NCBI GenBank assembly: GCA_000004985.1
Contig: GG739504.1
Origin: Naegleria gruberi
Lineage: Eukaryota
Strand: one strand, 5' to 3'
DNA length: 1,203 bases
Shown here: in pieces, positions 1-1,203 of the stretch
Layout of the letters: every line of letters begins with the position of its first letter
Numbering within the stretch: the first letter of the stretch is position 1
Notes under the pieces: model-generated
What the model was told of the DNA's origin: nothing
What the model saw: only the letters and a program-made list of their open reading frames with translations
The model's database searches: none
Translations under genes and position numbers: made by a program

Positions 1-11
1 AGGAATAGAAT

Positions 12-1178
12 TTAGGTAATTGGTTGGAATGATGACACAGGATTGTTTGTGTTATTAAGAAATAGAGACTGAATTTGTGAAGGACAATTATTGCAATTCC
101 AAACTTGTGAAATGGACTTGAAACCATAGAATAGATTACTAGTACTTGATCTTACTATGAGTGGCTGATTGAGTGTTAGTGGTGACAGGACTCTATTAAG
201 GGAACTTCCAGATGCTGTCGATAGAATAGAAATTGCACCCATTGCATTCACTTGTAACACCACATTACTTGGTATTAGATTCAATGTTGTTCCGTGCGTT
301 ATAGAATGATTGAAACCAAGATAAATTCTCAAGCCTTGAGAAGTGAAATCACAACTAACCATGGAAGAATCTCCAAAGGATAAAATATCATTTTGTGAGA
401 AGAAATCTTGACAATATTTGGTACTAGATGGTATGTATGCCAGTATTGGAGGATATGAAGCTGAAAGGATTGCATTAGGCCCATCCAAGTCAATTTGCAG
501 AAATTGACATTGGTTTCCTCTATATCCAAGTTTGCATTGGCAGTTGTTATAGGAAATACAATCACCAAAAGAGGAACAAACGGTGGTGTCATTTTGCAAT
601 TTTCCATAACAAACAGCAATATCGCAATTTGGGCCAGTATATCCTGTATTGCAGGAACATAAATTATAATTCGAACACTTTCCCCTTCCTGAACAAACAG
701 CAGATTCATTACTGGAATAATTGAAACATCTTGTGATCTCACAATTCTGGCCATACCATCCATTGAAACATTGGCAGATATCAGGTGAGATACATAACCC
801 ATTTGAGCTACAAATATTACTGTTGTTTGAGGCTACATCATTACAGATAGTATATTGGCAATTACTTCCAACATATCCTAAATTACATGAACATAAATTT
901 GGACCTACACAAGTTCCATTACCACAACCGAGCCCGAATAATGCATTTCCCACTGTGTTTTTAACACCTGCACACAAATATGATTGACACTCTGAGTCAA
1001 AATATCCTGCATTACAAGTACAATTATTAGAACTTAAACAGGCTCCTTTTCCAGAGCAAACGTTGGAAGATGCTGATGATTTTCCAAAGCATGCTGTAAT
1101 TTGACATTCAGTTCCAGTATACCCATTCGAGCATGAGCATGTGTTGGGGAGAGAGCAGTTTCCTCCACCTGAACACAC
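12..1178 (-). CDS. Extracellular-type cysteine-rich protein: one N-terminally truncated and five complete tandem EGF-like domains followed by a ~165-aa Cys-poor C-terminal domain; 5' end probably incomplete (no ATG; annotated start is GTG)
   Basis: 388-codon uninterrupted ORF ending in TAA at 12..14. Six-fold periodic Cys pattern C-x10(15)-C-x5-C-x5-C-x-C-x8-C with a conserved CxCxxG[YW]xGxxC motif, typical of EGF-like folds. Many N-x-S/T sequons (NCS, NGT, NNS, NYS, NES, NDT, NHS, NNT). In-frame TGA at 1185..1187 lies two codons upstream of the GTG at 1176..1178; no ATG anywhere at the N-terminus. Confidence 0.85.
   Translation of the reverse strand: MCSGGGNCSLPNTCSCSNGYTGTECQITACFGKSSASSNVCSGKGACLSSNNCTCNAGYFDSECQSYLCAGVKNTVGNALFGLGCGNGTCVGPNLCSCNLGYVGSNCQYTICNDVASNNSNICSSNGLCISPDICQCFNGWYGQNCEITRCFNYSSNESAVCSGRGKCSNYNLCSCNTGYTGPNCDIAVCYGKLQNDTTVCSSFGDCISYNNCQCKLGYRGNQCQFLQIDLDGPNAILSASYPPILAYIPSSTKYCQDFFSQNDILSFGDSSMVSCDFTSQGLRIYLGFNHSITHGTTLNLIPSNVVLQVNAMGAISILSTASGSSLNRVLSPLTLNQPLIVRSSTSNLFYGFKSISQVWNCNNCPSQIQSLFLNNTNNPVSSFQPIT
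15..506 (-). other. Cys-poor C-terminal domain of unknown family (aa ~225-388 of the ORF), beta-strand-like alternation, terminal W-N-C-N-N-C motif
   Basis: After the last EGF (C224) only 5 Cys occur in 164 residues. There are alternating hydrophobic/polar runs (LRIYLGF, VVLQVNAMGAISILST, LIVRSSTSNLFYGF) and a CNNC motif at nt 84..95. There is no hydrophobic C-terminal stretch, so no obvious TM or GPI signal. Confidence 0.5.
507..1175 (-). repeat. Tandem array of EGF-like domain coding units (period ~117-129 nt; repeats at protein level, DNA-level identity only moderate)
   Basis: Approximate plus-strand spans of the domains. EGF1 (partial, lacks C1) is 1104..1175. EGF2 is 987..1091. EGF3 is 858..974. 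EGF4 is 741..845. EGF5 is 624..728. EGF6 is 507..611. Complete units have 6 Cys with identical spacing; linkers between units are 4 aa (QITA, QSYL, QYTI, EITR, DIAV). The cbEGF consensus (D-x-D-E-C) is absent, so these are probably non-calcium-binding EGF. Confidence 0.75.
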
Positions 1179-1203
1179 ATTTGAATCATTAGAATATTTA
1201 CCA
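1169..1203 (-). other. Candidate intron 3' end / splice acceptor (pyrimidine-rich tract ...tattctaatgattcaaatgtgtgttCAG | GTGGAGGA) upstream of the truncated first EGF domain
   Basis: Minus-strand sequence 1203->1169 reads tggtaaatattctaatgattcaaatgtgtgttcag immediately before the Gly-Gly-Gly codons. It is more AT-rich than the ORF body, carries an in-frame TGA, and ends in YAG. EGF1 lacks its first Cys, which should lie ~11 codons upstream. Confidence 0.3.

Noticed and set aside
86-100. Short palindromes such as ATTGCAAT (90..97), with similar TTGCAAT strings near 593..600
   Set aside because: They are 8-bp AT-rich palindromes inside coding sequence (Cys-Asn-Cys / Cys-Gln codon contexts on the minus strand). 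They are expected by chance at this composition, and no paired or flanking structure suggests a regulatory or mobile-element role.
329-802. 157-aa ORF on the minus strand in a different frame
   Set aside because: It is entirely nested inside the long EGF-repeat ORF. Its translation has no repeat structure, motif or plausible domain, and the overlapping frame carries the strong periodic Cys signal. It is a typical shadow ORF in a long open region.
721-987. 88-aa ORF on the plus strand
   Set aside because: It is antisense to the well-supported EGF-repeat CDS and short, with a Pro/Leu-rich nonsense-like translation (…LLLFEATSLQIVYWQLLPTYPKLHEHKF…). There is no independent support, so it is probably spurious.
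507-1175. Calcium-binding EGF (cbEGF) interpretation
   Set aside because: Inter-domain linkers (QITA, QSYL, QYTI, EITR, DIAV) lack the D-x-D-E-C N-terminal consensus and the Asp/Asn hydroxylation motif, so these look like non-calcium-binding EGF modules.
1176-1178. GTG taken as the start codon by the ORF finder (shown as M)
   Set aside because: There is no ribosome-binding site upstream (…taatgattcaaat GTG). Starting here leaves no signal peptide and truncates the first EGF domain at its second cysteine. It is more likely an internal Val codon in an exon or fragment.
12-1178. Possibility that this is a Giardia-type variant surface protein (Cys-rich with CXXC motifs)
   Set aside because: Cysteines here follow EGF spacing (C-x-C-x8-C, not frequent CXXC). 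The C-terminus lacks the hydrophobic TM + short basic tail characteristic of VSPs. Composition is AT-rich rather than Giardia-like.
1-1203. CRISPR arrays, tRNA/rRNA genes, IS-element inverted repeats, promoters/terminators
   Set aside because: None is visible. The window is essentially one continuous coding region with only 11 nt beyond the stop codon. There are no regularly spaced identical direct repeats and no cloverleaf-capable GC-rich segments.

Overview
One long minus-strand ORF (12..1178) fills almost the whole window. It encodes a cysteine-rich, Asn/Ser/Gly-rich protein: one N-terminally truncated EGF-like domain plus five complete tandem EGF-like domains (Cys spacing C-x10/15-C-x5-C-x5-C-x-C-x8-C with a G-[YW]-x-G motif, 4-aa linkers), then a ~165-aa cysteine-poor C-terminal domain of unknown type, ending at a TAA stop at 12..14. 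There are no RNA genes, CRISPR repeats, mobile-element ends or intergenic regulatory sequence; only 11 nt lie outside the ORF at the 3' side. The reported 'M' start is actually a GTG codon two codons after an in-frame TGA. The first EGF domain lacks its first cysteine, and a polypyrimidine stretch ending in CAG abuts this point. The gene's 5' end is therefore probably not in this window and may be an upstream exon across an intron. The EGF repeats, many N-x-S/T sequons and absence of a Shine-Dalgarno or signal peptide make the gene look eukaryotic, perhaps a protist or invertebrate extracellular protein, rather than bacterial. That origin is an inference, not proven. The two smaller ORFs overlap the main ORF in other frames or antisense and look like shadow ORFs.
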